Positions 12,831 through 27,221 of a stretch of DNA of 64,000 nucleotides are shown here, piece after piece. This DNA comes from Euprymna scolopes. Lineage: Eukaryota. The stretch is taken from assembly GCA_053919585.1 (NCBI GenBank), contig CM132798.1. One strand, 5' to 3'. Below the pieces are notes generated by a model that worked only from the letters and a program-made list of their open reading frames with translations, was not told the DNA's origin and ran no database searches. Position 1 is the first letter of the stretch, and every line of letters begins with the position of its first letter. The position numbers and the translations under genes were made by a program.

Positions 12831-13079
12831 AATAAATGTAGATAGTTAATTTAAAAAGATGTTGCCAAAATACCGAACATCATGCCCACAAACGTTCTGA
12901 CGAAATTCAAAGCAATTTTTATCCTACTCCATAAGTATTTAATAAATTCTCTCCTTTCTCATTTTTCTCTACTTCTCCTCACTTTTTATTTTTATTAGCA
13001 ACATAACATTTTCAACATTTTTCTCATATTTTAAAATATTTTAAGGATTATCCACCTTACTTACAACAAAAATTCTAGT

Positions 13080-15560
13080 TTTATTTTGGTGTCTAAAACT
13101 CTCCATTTCCTCTTTTTGCTTAGTAGGAGACTATATTCAAAAACTTGTGCAACCATTTATTAGTTGGCCAGTTGTATGTAAGTCCCAATAGTGATAGAGT
13201 CATTCTATTATGTCTGAAAGTGATATAATGTATAACAAACGAGATCGGAGATGGGCTTATGTACAACTCCTGCTTTCTACCGATTCAAGTTATGAGAAAA
13301 GAACTATCGGCAGTACATCGCTAAGTTGCCACGAATGATAGGGGTGTGCCGTGGATTATGAAAACAAAATTCCCCGTCATGGATATGGCCTTATGTCTGG
13401 TTTCAACTGAGTGTAACCTCATGTCACGTATAAGATTCTAAGACGAGTTATTTAAAACGCATATCTAAAGATGTTTTTTTAGTTTTAATCGGATGTTGTT
13501 AATATTGCACTATGGAAACTAATCAGATACTAGAGTCTATTAGAGGACGGTGAAATATAATACTTAAATAGTGAAAGTCATCTGGAAAACAATTGGTTTG
13601 GATATTTCAAAGGAAATGTTGAAATATTGCCACAGATTGGGATTTGAAAAGCTATTGAAGTGAATATTTGAAAATGAAGAAAGGATGGGAAGTAATTCCA
13701 CCACAAATGCGGATGTAAATGAAATTTTTAAGACCCTGTGGAGTTTGGATATGAGAAAAATCTTATTTAATTTTAGATAAAAACAAGCAAATATGTGTGT
13801 ACATGTTAATCATATATATTTATATAGAGAATAATATTATTCGAATTAGAACTAAGTCATTTCAAGTTTGATGTATTCAAATTTCCTCACATATTTGCAT
13901 GTCGAAATTAGTTCATGTTTTAATAGAATACGTTTTTACTTTGAGAGGATGCAAGTGTTTTAACTATCTCGGCGGTTCAAAGTTTACAGGATAAAGATAA
14001 TAGTACATTTTAGATATTAATTTTCTGATGAAGTTTTTCAGAGAATTATTATTATTAGTAGTAGTAGTAGTTGAAGGAGGAGTAGTTGTAGTAGTAGTAG
14101 TAGTAGTAGCTTTCATTATTAAGACAATGCATATTATTTGAGATTCTTACTTTAATTTATGTATGATATGCCGCCAATAGAAGTGTGAAATTTTAAATGT
14201 CCCTGGGTCCTATTGCTGTTGAGGAAAGGTCTTTGAGGTTAGAAGCGGAGTGGCTTCTGATTTTTATTGTCTTTTACTAAAGTTATTTTCTGAATTTAGA
14301 TACTTTATTCTCGAGGAAAATCACTGAGATAATAATTATTACGCTTATTGGGTAAAATACTAGTATTGTTAGTTGGATGATTTTGCTGATTCTCTGTGGG
14401 AAAGTTATTATTATGTTTGCTTTGACTATTTAGAATTGTCCAATATGAGTGGGAATATAGAAGTGTATTATATTCTGATTGTTAGATTATTATACAACTA
14501 TAAACCATCTTTATGGGTGCAATCACTTTTAGTGAACAATTATTCTTATATTGGAAATATCAGTTTGTTGACAGTAAATGGACTTGGTTTGTTTGAGCAT
14601 TTAAAATGTTTATATTATTTAATGTAATAATTGTAGGTGGCAAGTTAAATATAGTTGAATAGAGTATGTTATTATTTTTTTATTGAGTAGAGTATTTAAT
14701 TATTATAGAATAAAGAAATTGATAGTTCTTTATAAAAAAATCTCTGTAAGATTTAAAATTCGTGATAACGGGCGGCTACACAAAATGCATTTATTAGCTT
14801 AATGTGGTAACTTGTGTTTGAGATATTCTGAATAATATTAACGTTTTGATTATGTTGTTCTGGTGGGAATTATATTTTATTTCATTAAAGGATTTGTTCT
14901 TTTGGATTTTGTTCGAGTCATATATTGTGTAATTACAGATTTTAATTTAATTGTGTTAGAGTATGGGATGCAGTATTCTATTTTCTGTATATCTTGAATT
15001 TCTTTCTGCAGCATTATATAAAGCAGAGTTTTGATCAAAGTTTTTGTCAGTTTCAAATTCTGTAAGCGATAATCGGTACTATAGATTTACTGATTAAATT
15101 TAGGTGATTGTAATATTGATGCACATATAATATTGCCAGATTAGATTCGTGGTATGGGTTGTATGATTCTGTGTTTTCGTTAAGTGGATTATCTGAAAAT
15201 TCACATGTTGTCTTATTAGTGCTAATGTCAATGCAAAGACCGACATTTTTAATGCGTATTTTAAAAGTTTTTATATTGTTTCTGTATTATTTTGGTCTTG
15301 TTTGAATAACCAGTATTGCTTAATCTCTATAACGTTTATTGCACATAGTTTAATTCAAGTCAAGTTCTTTCAATAGATATAGCCCCACTATGGCAGTCAC
15401 TTGGGCAGTGATTGTAGACTCATAATTATATTTAAATAGTTAGTCGCAGTCCTTCTTACTAAATGTCATTTAAAAGATCTAATCAGGGAACGTCTTGCAA
15501 AAAAAAATTACACAACTAGCGGAACCTTTGGTTATTCCACCGCAGAATCTTTCATATATA
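13080..15560 (-). mobile_element. Very old CR1-like LINE remnant
   Basis: Only traces remain on the minus strand: FHRPLID (~13535-13557, cf. FVRPxLDY) and a PQ..GP-like stretch (~14200-14240). Strand-biased composition and no open frame. Confidence 0.35.
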
Positions 15561-15899
15561 ATATATTAGCATTCAGTGGATGTTCAGCCTGAATAGAGAC
15601 GCTCTGATAGTATTGTAGTTCTTTTGTTATAGCTGCAAAAGTCGTTATCTAAGCTAGCTGGGACGCCAGGCTTAGCGCGGTCGTAAGATATGCTTAAATA
15701 TGATATTTTAATTCAGGCAACTTTCATAAAAATATATATTCATATGATTTAAGTGCATAAGGTTGAAATGAAACACAAACCAAAATTTATATCGAAAAGA
15801 ATCACGGGAAACCGATGATTTTAGTTATAAAAAAAACTCCGCGAATATTTCAACAAAAAATATTCTGTACATAGAAACATTTGCTAAATTATGCCGTTA

Positions 15900-16883
15900 T
15901 GAATTATTTTGAAGCGAACAGTTATGACTGATAAATTATGGCCATTTTCATAGACACAGATTTTAAGCCGCTTTTTAAAGTGAACTTAAGTCCTCAATTC
16001 TCCAAGTGTGCGAGGTTTGCGAGTATAAACGCGTGTTTAAAAATCCCCATGGATAAAATATCCGCACACTGGTGGGTGCGGAGGCGACGGGCAATTTTCA
16101 AATCGTATAATGACATGATTAGGGAATGCAGCTCGAACAGAAAACATGGATACTCCTGCTGTATAAGCAGTGTCCGCATCTTTTCGAAGCCATATTGATG
16201 ATGTTTGATTCCTCCTTTGCGAAACTCAGGAAGGAAAATGCTTTCAAACATTTGAATATAGCGGTCCGAATTAATTGTTGCTCTCCTACTGCAAAACGAA
16301 TGGACCAAAATTCCTCATTTTTCCAAAACACACCAAACAGTTTGGGTTGTTTAGTCGTGGGTGAAGTAAATAACAAGGATTGTCCGAATCCCAATATCGA
16401 CAGATTTGCTTGTATACTGTAACATAAAGGTGCAATTGGGCTTAATTACTCATAATTAGGAAAAAATTCTCGTTTTTGTCAACCATGTCAAGCATTGCCT
16501 GGAAAAAAAACAAACGGCGGATTCAATTGTTGCATAGGTATAATTTTCTATGGCGGAAAGGTTAGGTCTTTATTTATGATGCACCCTGTCTTACTCCCAG
16601 TTCTGCAGAGTGTGGGAATTCAGATGATTGTCTCTCTCACTCGATCTAAATTTCTTGGTATTCTGGTGGTTTTGGCAGTGCTGGGTGATTTGGTTTTCAA
16701 TAATGAACCAGTCGTTCTAAGTGAACTAACCCACAGAAGAATGTCATTGCGGCTTTGGACATTACCGTGACGACCGGTGTTAAATATTCGCCTGAGGAGA
16801 CGTTGAATTTTTGTAAGTGATTCACTATTTTTCACGCAAGTGCCATAAGCAAACACACGGTGTTCTCGAATCCACAGTAGCAT
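15900..16883 (-). mobile_element. Tc1/mariner-superfamily transposase pseudogene with DUF4817-type N-terminal HTH
   Basis: ORF 16620-16883 EHRVFAY..CVKNSESLTKIQR..RR.FN.GRHGNV.SRN.IL.WV is followed by TINSDRYIQMFESIFLP and a decayed WPPRSPDL..DFFLWGYLKSRVY-like segment (~16025-16095). Confidence 0.85.
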
Positions 16884-17754
16884 GAGGGCAATAAACTGAA
16901 AAGAAAAACAATTAAATTAATAACTATTTAAAACATAATTTAACGTAAAAGATAACCAAATAACAACAAACTAAACATCATCTGAAGGTTTAAAGACTGC
17001 CGTCCTCACTTCCTATGTTTTACTCAGGGAGAGCAAGGAGCGTTAAAAACATCAATTTCCCGAGATGCACTATATATATAATGTTCTATTAGCTACAAAC
17101 TAAACCAAACCCAAAATTTATGAAGTGTTCTTGGTAAAATTATTTATAAAACTTAGATAACTTAAAGGCCATCAACTATAATCGAAACCGAAACATAAAC
17201 GTATGAAGACTCCGTGGTAAAATTATTTATTACAATACATGGAAGGGTATGCCAATAAAATAGCAGACACTCGGAAAAAAGAAATAAACGTAAAACAGAA
17301 AACAACACATAGCAATCGTATTAATATCTACATTTTGAAGTCTATGATCAGAAGGATTTTAGCGAATATTAGGGATTTGTGAAAGGAATTGGGAAGGATA
17401 ACTGATATTAATTATTGGTGTCGAACATAAGAACTACTATGCTCATGTTTAATGTTTTAGAACCATTTAATATTCGAATACGAACATTTCCAAATAGGGG
17501 TATTTATTGTTTTTCTTTATGGAGGGAAATCTACTATCTAGGATAGTTTTACTCTTAGAACCTAGGTCAGAGATGGATGAAGAAACCATCCTCATATAGG
17601 AATTGTCATGGAACATAGTTCATGGTCTTTCAAAGTAAACCTTGAAGTGCATAAAGTTAGTATTTCCGCTAAAGTTTGGATATCCGTTGATTTTAGCAGA
17701 TTTCGGCTTCATATTTGATATTATCATATGTATTGAATGGTAGTGTTTATGTTA

Positions 17755-17812
17755 TTAATTCGGTTACACTTAGATGATTTTATATGATTAATTCGGTTAC
17801 ACTTAGATGATT
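17755..17812. repeat. Short tandem duplication (~33 bp period)
   Basis: attaattcggttacacttagatgatttt occurs twice. Confidence 0.85.
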
Positions 17813-18378
17813 TTTTCATAAATGGTGTAATCTATCTGATTATAGTTTTTAGTTCTATCAGCAGGGACGAAAATATTCCAGTTCTTCTTGAAATTTATCC
17901 TTTTTAACTAATATAATCATTGAGTTTCAAACTCACAACGATGTGGATTCTGTTTCGGAATAGAAGTAGATTTTGCATATAGAGAACCGCGCGCATTCTT
18001 CAATCTATTTTACCTTTTTATTAACGGAGACATTGGCCAGTTTGAATTAGTTCATTGAAGTTCTTATTGATAAAATTCGATCCATAATGGTCGTCATTCA
18101 GCCTTACATTTTAATGTATTTGTTCAATGTGTGTATAAATTTATATAGGTATTGCTATATAGAAAGTAATGGGGTATTTTTATAAGACAGAAACATGCAC
18201 TACATTAATTTACAATTTTTATCCATGTATCTATCTATATTTCCAGTTACCTATCTGTATGCATTTTATTATTATTATTATTAGTAGTAGTAGTAGTAGT
18301 AGTACTTTTTATTATTATCATTATCAAAAGGGTTATTATTACTTCGCAAACAAATATACATTCGTTTCGTTCTATGCA

Positions 18379-18775
18379 CTAGTACACACTTCGCTGGCAC
18401 CCTTTCAGTAAGGGGATATTGTAAGACTCGCATGAAACATGACCTGACCCTTTTAACTTAACCTTGAAAATTTGTGTGCACCAGAATTATGGCAGATACC
18501 ATCATCATGTCAGGTTTAGTCATGATCAGTCANNNNNNNNNNNNNNNNNNNNNNNNNNNNNNNNNNNNNNNNNNNNNNNNNNNNNNNNNNNNNNNNNNNN
18601 NNNNNNNNNNNNNNNNNNNNNNNNNNNNNNNNNNNNNNNNNNNNNNNNNNNNNNNNNNNNNNNNNNNNNNNGGCTTTTAATTTAGAAAATACTGTGCACT
18701 ATCCTTGCCTAGGTTTGGGACTATTATCATTCCAGATTTAGTCATGATCGCTTCTGTGGTGTGGGCTGTATGAGA

Positions 18776-18776
<1 letters not shown>
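18379..18776 (-). mobile_element. Non-autonomous Helitron/HINE-like element spanning a gap
   Basis: Begins aCTAGt, has a tgacctgacccttt..accttgaaaat subterminal motif, repeats tttagtcatgatc on both sides of the gap, and ends in (TA)n. Confidence 0.4.
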
Positions 18777-18835
<59 letters not shown>

Positions 18836-19261
18836 CATGGAAAAATGCGCGCATGAAAAGTAATATTCTTAAGATTTTATTAACCCTGGAAAAGTAAAGG
18901 ACAAGAAATTCAACCTGGAAAAGTAAAGAACCAGATATTCTAGTAAAGTAAAAAATAAGAATTTTTTAGACTTAAAATATTGCAGCTAAAAATAAAATTT
19001 GAATATTGATAAATATTTTATTTATTATTTGCATATTTTGTTGTTTATTGTTGAGTTAGAAAGGGTGTCAGTCGCTGGATTGAACTTATTTCCCCTCCAT
19101 TATTTGCATATATTTATATAGTGAAAATTGTTTAAATAACATTAATTCATTTGTTAGTTAGTTAGTAGATGGAATTAATAATTTTATAATTTTATTATAT
19201 AATAATTAGGATCATTTAATTCTTTTTAACTCAACAATAAACAACAACATATGCAAATAAT

Positions 19262-19611
19262 ATTCAATTGGAGGATTATTGTCAGGAAGAGTGGGCTAAA
19301 ATTACTACTGAAGAGTGCAACAACTTGGTTGTAAACTATGAAAAGCGACTGAGGAAGGTAATCAAGGACAAAGGCTATACAATTGATTATTAAATAAATC
19401 GTGCCAATAATTTTGAACAAGGTTTTTTTGCAATTATGTTTGTTGTTCCTTTGTTATTTATTTTTTCTAAAATCCGATTGCTGCATCGGAAAGGCCAGTT
19501 AAAAATACATAATATACTTTGTTATTTTCTTTAATTTAATCCTTTTTTTAGAATTTATTAGACAAAATTTAACTTTTATTTTACCGTGCCAATAAATATG
19601 ATCATCACTGT
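19262..19611 (+). mobile_element. Tc1-like transposon 3' end (transposase C-terminus + right IR/DR)
   Basis: LEDYCQEEWAKITTEECNNLVVNYEKRLRKVIKDKGYTIDY* (~19268-19393). Direct repeats cgtgccaataa at ~19400 and ~19585. Terminus CACTG-TA at ~19606-19612. Confidence 0.88.
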
Positions 19612-19620
19612 ACATACATT

Positions 19621-19694
<74 letters not shown>

Positions 19695-20571
19695 AATAAT
19701 TGAAAGATATATGCATATAAGATATCCAAATCGAAGGGGACGTTATACAACGTAAACCAGGTTTAATAGTTTTGTTTTGATTTGTCCTCCACACAAGTAA
19801 AATTACTTCGGCCTTCAATGTAAATGTTTGTTGTAATTAGTTAACTTTACATATAAACATGCTTAAATAACATTTCTTGATTTACATATCTTTTGAAATA
19901 TAATAATTTCGTTTTATCTTATTTATAGAAACATTCGCGATTACATAATTTCGTTAGCATAGTATTTTAGTAAGCCATATTAGTTTTCTTTGCAATTTCT
20001 AGTTCTGTAAACTTTAAAAGATCTGATAAATTCAACAGGAATCTTTCCTGATTTAAACTACGTCTCAATAGTTTCAGAATTAGATTGCCTAAAACTATTA
20101 TAGTCAATACTTTGTTTCTATTTTAAATAAAGACAATTTCGCAATATTATAGTTCGGACCCCATCAAAATATAACATTATATTTGTATCAAATCACCTCG
20201 TGTGATCTGAATCAAAAGTGTGTGATTTTTTTTTTTTTAATCTCCGGAACATTTCTACCTATATTACATGTAAGATATTTTTCTGTTACCAATTTCTAAA
20301 TCTCCTCCTTTCTTTCATCTTTATTTTTACTTTAAATCCTAGGAGAGGATTGGGTAATTTTTCGAGATACTTATCGCTGTCACTGACTATTTGTTTAGTG
20401 AATTCTACACTTCAATGAAACACGTGCAAGACACAACATATTTGTAATAAAATGATATAAACGTGAAATAAATATATATATTGCTTTGGAATATTTACTA
20501 TCGCTATATATGATCGAATGTGTGCACCCCTTAAGATTCAGCGCAATAGACGCTGGCAAACTATGTAGAAC

Positions 20572-20658
<87 letters not shown>

Positions 20659-21912
20659 TCTTTCCATTTCCATCACACGAATTTCTCATAAGCTTGCAAG
20701 CCTCAGACGCAAGCACACTGATCGATAAATATAGCACTGGCTTAATCAATAGCAGGACAATTTTAGCGTTTGCTATCACTAATAAAAATTTAATGTTTTT
20801 TTCATCCTTAAGAACTGTGAATTGGATATTTTTTTCAGAGATAAGAACGTTGCACTGACTTTCATTAGCAGACTTCAAAATCTGTTCTTAATCGATTCAG
20901 CTTTTTACTACATTTACTTTTTTCCAATAATATTCCTATATGACAGAACATTGATTAGTCATATGTGTTGTAAGAAATTCAATAAAATATGAGCTAATAA
21001 AAAATATGATCATAAAATAACCTATGTGATTAATTTGCGAAATAATATGAAAATTCAGAGTAGTATGACAGATGAACTCTCCATAAAGTATTTTCACACA
21101 TGCATATATACATTATGCAGTTTCTTATATGCATATATACAGAAGTGGGTGCATGTATACTAAAAATCCGCTCTTATATTTTTTCCAAAAGCGCACATTT
21201 AAAATATAAAACATACCTATAAGAAGTAAGATAAAATAAAAATAATATAGAAAATTAGGTAAGAAAGTCTAAATAAATAAAACGAATGTAAAATAGAAGG
21301 ATGCTAACAAAAGCACATACCTACGCATAACGATATAGCAGGAAATCGAGTATAAGATTTTACATCATTCGGAATTTAATTTACATCCGGTAGCAATGAG
21401 TCAATAATATTATTTTAACATTATATATAAATACAAGTAAAACAAAAAATCACAATGAAAATATAAATTAATATATAGAATTAAGTGTGTGGAGTTTTAA
21501 ACATTAAGTTATTAATCATAAAATAACATAAACATAATATTAGATGTAGGGGAATTGACTCTTTTATTGTAATAAAATGATCCAGTTCATAATTTGAAAT
21601 AAGACAACTATGAAAAATCAGCATTATAAATGAATATAACACTTTGAAGAACACAGAACGTAGTGTCATAATCAATTGCTGAGGGTTTATGCTGTTTTAT
21701 TAAATAGTTTAAACATAAACCATCAGAAAGAAACTTTCAAAAAGATCAAAATACACTTCTAAAGTATATTTCTCCTAAGCATAAATATTAGGAAAGTTAT
21801 AATCTATTTACTATAGTAAATACGGACTGATTAACTATACACACGTTTAAAGCTAGGTATTTGTCGGATTGCAGTATGTAAATCTATTAAGTATTCGCTT
21901 TAAATCATAAAA

Positions 21913-21950
<38 letters not shown>

Positions 21951-23129
21951 AAATGAAAATAGTAGGTAACAAATGATTAAATATCCGGTCGAAATTTCCA
22001 TATAAAAATCCTAATATAATAAAATAATAATTATATTATAATTATAAGTGTTTACTTATATATTACTTTTATAAATGAAAATAAGAAAACAATTATCTAA
22101 TTACTGTATGTTAAAATAAATACTAGTGTAGATGAGAAGCATCCTCCCTCCTAAATAAACATACCTAAAACTTAAGCCGCATTGTCTCACTAACGCACTT
22201 TCTGCAGCGAATCCATTACCTTGCTCCAATTCCTACCCTAAACAGATATTTACCTCTTTCGTTATTTCTGGGACCACAAGACATATTGCCTTACGTCTAA
22301 GGTTTAAACTTTATTTTCATTTTCGTTTATCGTTATCGACGACATATTTACACTCAAAAATTTCTACTGCGAAAACCATCGGATTGTTTCCCACATAAGC
22401 AAGAGTTACATAGAAGACACCTTCATCATCTTTCAAAAAATATCTTTACTTTAGACCGGAATAGTACGGATGGAAATACCGATACTTTGGAATTAAAAAA
22501 AAAACGTTAAAAATTCCCATTTATACATAAAGAGAGGTGTACTATGGTGTTCATTATATAGTCGCTCAGAGACAGTAATAATCCTCCAAAACTGAACAAT
22601 TATATACAACCAACAATGACACGCGGTTTTGAACTAACATTAAACTGGATGAAAGATTTATCTCCACACAAAAAGATTTGTACTCGCCTGTTTTTGTCTG
22701 CATGAAAGTATGCCGTTATTTGTGTTGCATTCAACAAACATTCATTTTAAATACTTAACTTGACATCTCCACTTATTGCCGTAAAGAAGCCCCCCATCTT
22801 TATGTTTCCTGTTCATAGACGTTTCAATATATTTTATGTTTTGTTATACATTTTTAATCTTTTCATTTTTTTTATTTTGGTTTCTGTAATTTGACTCTTT
22901 ACGCCCCTTTATTTCTGCTTTGTATATGTCCACGTTTTCCTATAATGCATTTTTATTTATTTATTTATATCCACCTTTGATCCGATATATTATGTTTCAC
23001 TCTACCATATTACAGCAGTACGAATCCCTAATAACTATTATTTTTATATAATATTATCTATAAATACTCCATAATTCTTATATGTAAGTGATTCACTATT
23101 TTTCACGTAAGTGTCATGAGTAAACACAT

Positions 23130-23739
23130 TTGATCTTGTAACACTATACGTCCCTTCGGTATTTATCTAGCTTACACAATTAACACCCAATTACTATCCG
23201 CCCCTAGAATTCAACCCTTCACATTAATTCTCCCACTATGCCTCAACATAACCTACATTGCGTTTAAGCACTGATATTATCTAAGACACTCCTATCTATA
23301 AATCCACACACATAGCATAAACCGCCTATTTAATGTAAATCCCTCTCAATACGTACAACACATATGCACATTGGTTAAACTGAGTAACTTCTTTCAACCA
23401 AACTACCACATATCCCTGCTGAGATTTTAAGCAGACACACTGCCCACTTGCGTTAGGCCTACTGTTAAAAATGGTCTATATACAGGCATCCATTACACAA
23501 TGCAAACATCCATTACACAATGCACACTACATTCATCCTATATCAGAGAAATCACAGGTAGCTCCTCCAGATAGGCTTAATAGTCTATTTTGCTCCCAAT
23601 GATACTACCACTAGAAGTCGCATACCTATCATATTACATAGCGGCTTCTCCACTCTGCTGATGAGAAGCATTATGCTTCGAAATTTCATGGCATAAAGAG
23701 TTTCCACTTACCCGACACCCTAAATAAATGTGCACTCTA
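23130..23739 (+). mobile_element. Decayed Penelope-like element 3' end (GIY-YIG trace + pseudo-LTR with hammerhead)
   Basis: Trace of a YKIPC..C..YIG.T-like sequence at ~23330-23385, followed by a hammerhead motif and aataaa before the gap. Confidence 0.55.
23652..23701 (+). ncRNA. Type I hammerhead ribozyme motif (probably decayed)
   Basis: ACTCTg-CTGATGA-GAAGCA-tta-TGCTTC-GAAA-tttcatggc-ATA-aAGAGT: intact core boxes, perfect stem II, stem I ACTCT/AGAGT with a core-proximal mismatch, weak stem III. Confidence 0.65.
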
Positions 23740-25412
23740 NNNNNNNNNNNNNNNNNNNNNNNNNNNNNNNNNNNNNNNNNNNNNNNNNNNNNNNNNNNNN
23801 NNNNNNNNNNNNNNNNNNNNNNNNNNNNNNNNNNNNNNNNNNNNNNNNNNNNNNNNNNNNNNNNNNNNNNNNNNNNNNNNNNNNNNNGAATGTTCCTAAT
23901 TTTCGTAAGAAGGTCTGAGTTTGAAAATCTACGAAAACCATTTTAAGAGAATACACGTTATATTGGTGTAACATTTTTTCCATATTCCTTGCATATTTTT
24001 TCGGGATTTTATTCCCCGTTTCCTTCTTTTTCCCCTTGTTCGCCCGCCATAAAGTCCAAGAGATCAATTAAGCGCGCACTCATTTTGTGGCTGGCGGGTT
24101 AATGAGTGTAGCACACCAAAAACAAAAAAAGAATCCATAGGATTGCTCGATATCGATGATTGAAATCCGAAATTTGAATGTGTGTGTGTTTTTTTTGCGT
24201 TTTGAATTGTGAGATTCATTGAATATGGTATCAATATTTTTTCCTTCAGATGAGTATATGAAACAAATTTACTAAAATACTAAAATATGCTTGTGTAAAA
24301 ATAAATATCTTTTTTGAATGTGTGCACTTTCCCTCTACCAGTATATAAAGAATGCTGTAAAACATTGGTATCAACAAATAAAAAAAATAAATAAAAAAAC
24401 AGCGTGTGAAAGTTATATTAATTATATCTGCAAGTGAATTTTACCTATAAGTTTTTTTCAAGATATGATTTTAAAAAAGTGTTTAGCTTCTTTCTTGAAA
24501 ATTTCCTATAACAATTAAGACATAGATTTCCGTAGATGATCGGTGGCACACCCGAACAAGTTACATTACTAAGGACCACCAATTTCTAAGGAAAGTCGTT
24601 GTCAGCTTCAGTTATGAAATAAAGAATTAGGAAATTACACTATGATCTAGTTCATGGATAAAGCGTGTTGCTCAGTGTTTATTAATAATTAGAAATGAGA
24701 AAGGAAAAAATTATTTTAATCATGTAATTAGAAACGTACTAAAAGGGATATTAAAACTGAGAAATATAATGACAAAAATGTTGTTTGATGTAAAAATAGA
24801 AAGAAAAACAGTTTTCTTTATTTTAACAAGTCTTAGGAAAATTAAATCTTTATTGGTCAATTTATTAAATGAAAAATTATAAAGCAAATATTATATATTT
24901 TTCCACCAATTGCGTTTGAAATTATGATTTAATTCAGTTATTAAAAATCTATTTTCCTGTCTAGTTACATTAAAAGTCATGAAATCGCTTTACTAAATAT
25001 TTGGACCCGACTTTTTCCCATACCTACAATCCAAGGTTGCGCCGGTAGGTAAGATGTACGAGTTCATGATAAAAATTGGAATTATTATATTTTATTTAAA
25101 TATAAAGTAATTATACGGTAATATTTTTGCATATTTTCTAGCCAATTATAGTAAATTTTATTTAGATATAAGTAAGGTTAATTGATAAGTAAACGCTAGA
25201 AAAATATTGATATTTTATTTACATTATGCTAAACTAGTTTAAACGTGATTTTTGTAAAATTTTACTTAAAATTCTATTAAAAATTATAGAAAATTATTCT
25301 ACTTTTAACATAATAAACTTCGGTGTTTAGTATTTCTGGTGATAACAAAATTAGTTCAGAATTACCGAATCTTCTTAAATTTTAATAAGCTTTGGAAAAA
25401 GCAGTTTGACGG

Positions 25413-25495
<83 letters not shown>

Positions 25496-25499
<4 letters not shown>

Positions 25500-27156
25500 G
25501 GTTGGTGTAAAAATAATATCGCCTTCTCACATATGTAATTCATAAATGATATCTGAATTAATTCATTTATGTATACAGTTATATATATGTTATAGATCAT
25601 TTTGAAGCGCGTTTTTCACTCTATCAAATCGTGTTATTAGTTTTCGTTTTTACTCTCTATATGCTATTATTTTGCAAGTTGTTTGACAGAATGGATAAAA
25701 TTCAAATTCTCACGATTACTTGTTCCAGTTTTACTAGGAATAAAAACTGCTGAGACATCTCGTGATATCAAGTATGCGTTATGCTCATAACCCACTCCCG
25801 AAAAATGTGGCAAAACGATGGTTCAAGAAATTTTGCAAAAGTGACGAGAACTTTAAAGATGAAGACGGTCTCGGCCGGCCGACTGCAGTTGATAACGAAC
25901 ATTTGAAAGCTTGAATTATAGCCGGTACTCGCAAAACCACACGAGCATTTGCTGTTTAACTCGACGTCAACCTCTCAACAGGCCTTCGTTTTTTAAAGCA
26001 AATTGAGAAGGTAAAAAATGCTGGATAAATGGGTGCTGCAGGAATTGAACGATGAACAATAAAATCGTTTTTTGAGGTGTCTACAGTGTCTAAATTCATT
26101 CACTCCAACAAAAAACCTATTTCTTGAGCAGATTGTGACGTGTGATTAGAAGTGTCTTGTCTACGACTACGCGGGACGTTCGACACAGTAGTTGAATGCC
26201 GGAGAAGCACCCCACTTTCCCACAGAACCAAAATTCCTTAAAGAAAGGTTATGGTGACTGTTTGATTGTCCACGGCCGATCTCATCCATGACATTCTCTT
26301 GAATTCGTGCAAAACCATTACGCCGATCTGTTATGAAAGGGGACAGCCCCAGTAGTTAAGAAAGCAAAACTAGTTATATTTGAAAATAATATAAGAAAAA
26401 GGGTAGAATCGAACCCAATAAGAAAAGTTAAAAAAATAATACATATTGAAATCCTAGGAATTAAGAAAGATTGTCATTGTTCTCGCAAATAATTGAATAT
26501 TATTTCTGTCAGATATTTGATTTATGAATGCAGTTGATCGTTCATTCTTTTAGAAATAACTGGATATTTAATATGTCTGTTAAATGTATGGACATTACCA
26601 GATTTAGAAATAATTTTATGTGTTTGCGAAAAGTGTGGTTGGACATACATAAGCCAACTCCGCGTGAATAAACTTAACGTAGCTGGGGGTGCCTCTCACG
26701 TAATCGAGAAAGGAGATTTTCAATATATTGAGACGGGGTTCGCAGTAAGAAAAAGAATTGGAGTTAACCAGTTCGCAGACGAATGTCGGACAGCTACTTA
26801 GTGAGAGCTGATGTTCATCTGGGGGCGACAGGGCGGAGGAGGAGACAATGTAGTCGCAAAGGAAATATCTTACATTTGCCAATTGGTATCATACTTGCCG
26901 TCATTACAAAAGGAAACACTAAATGTGTGTTGTCTATCATCTTTTAAAAGAACTTTTGTATAAACCCCTCTTTGTATAATGTCTCCGATAAAATCTCCCG
27001 TCATACTCCCAATATGTACCTGCTACACAATACAAGTACTGCTGAATAATTGACGATATCCAGCAGAAACACCAACGTAATTTCCCAAGATTGGTCAATA
27101 TAAAGCGACAATTATCTTGCATATCAATGTCTAATCTCACATTGCTCAACTGACCC

Positions 27157-27221
<65 letters not shown>

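Noticed and set aside
19499-20878. ORFs with YIYIYI runs (also at ~25.4, 45.6, 50.6, 52.6, 54.0, 57.3 and 62.8 kb)
   Set aside because: They are translations of (TA)n microsatellites, not proteins.
24045-24102. cccgcca...tggcggg-TTAA as a piggyBac-like terminus
   Set aside because: Only a 7-bp inverted match and no partner end could be found (the adjacent sequence is gapped).
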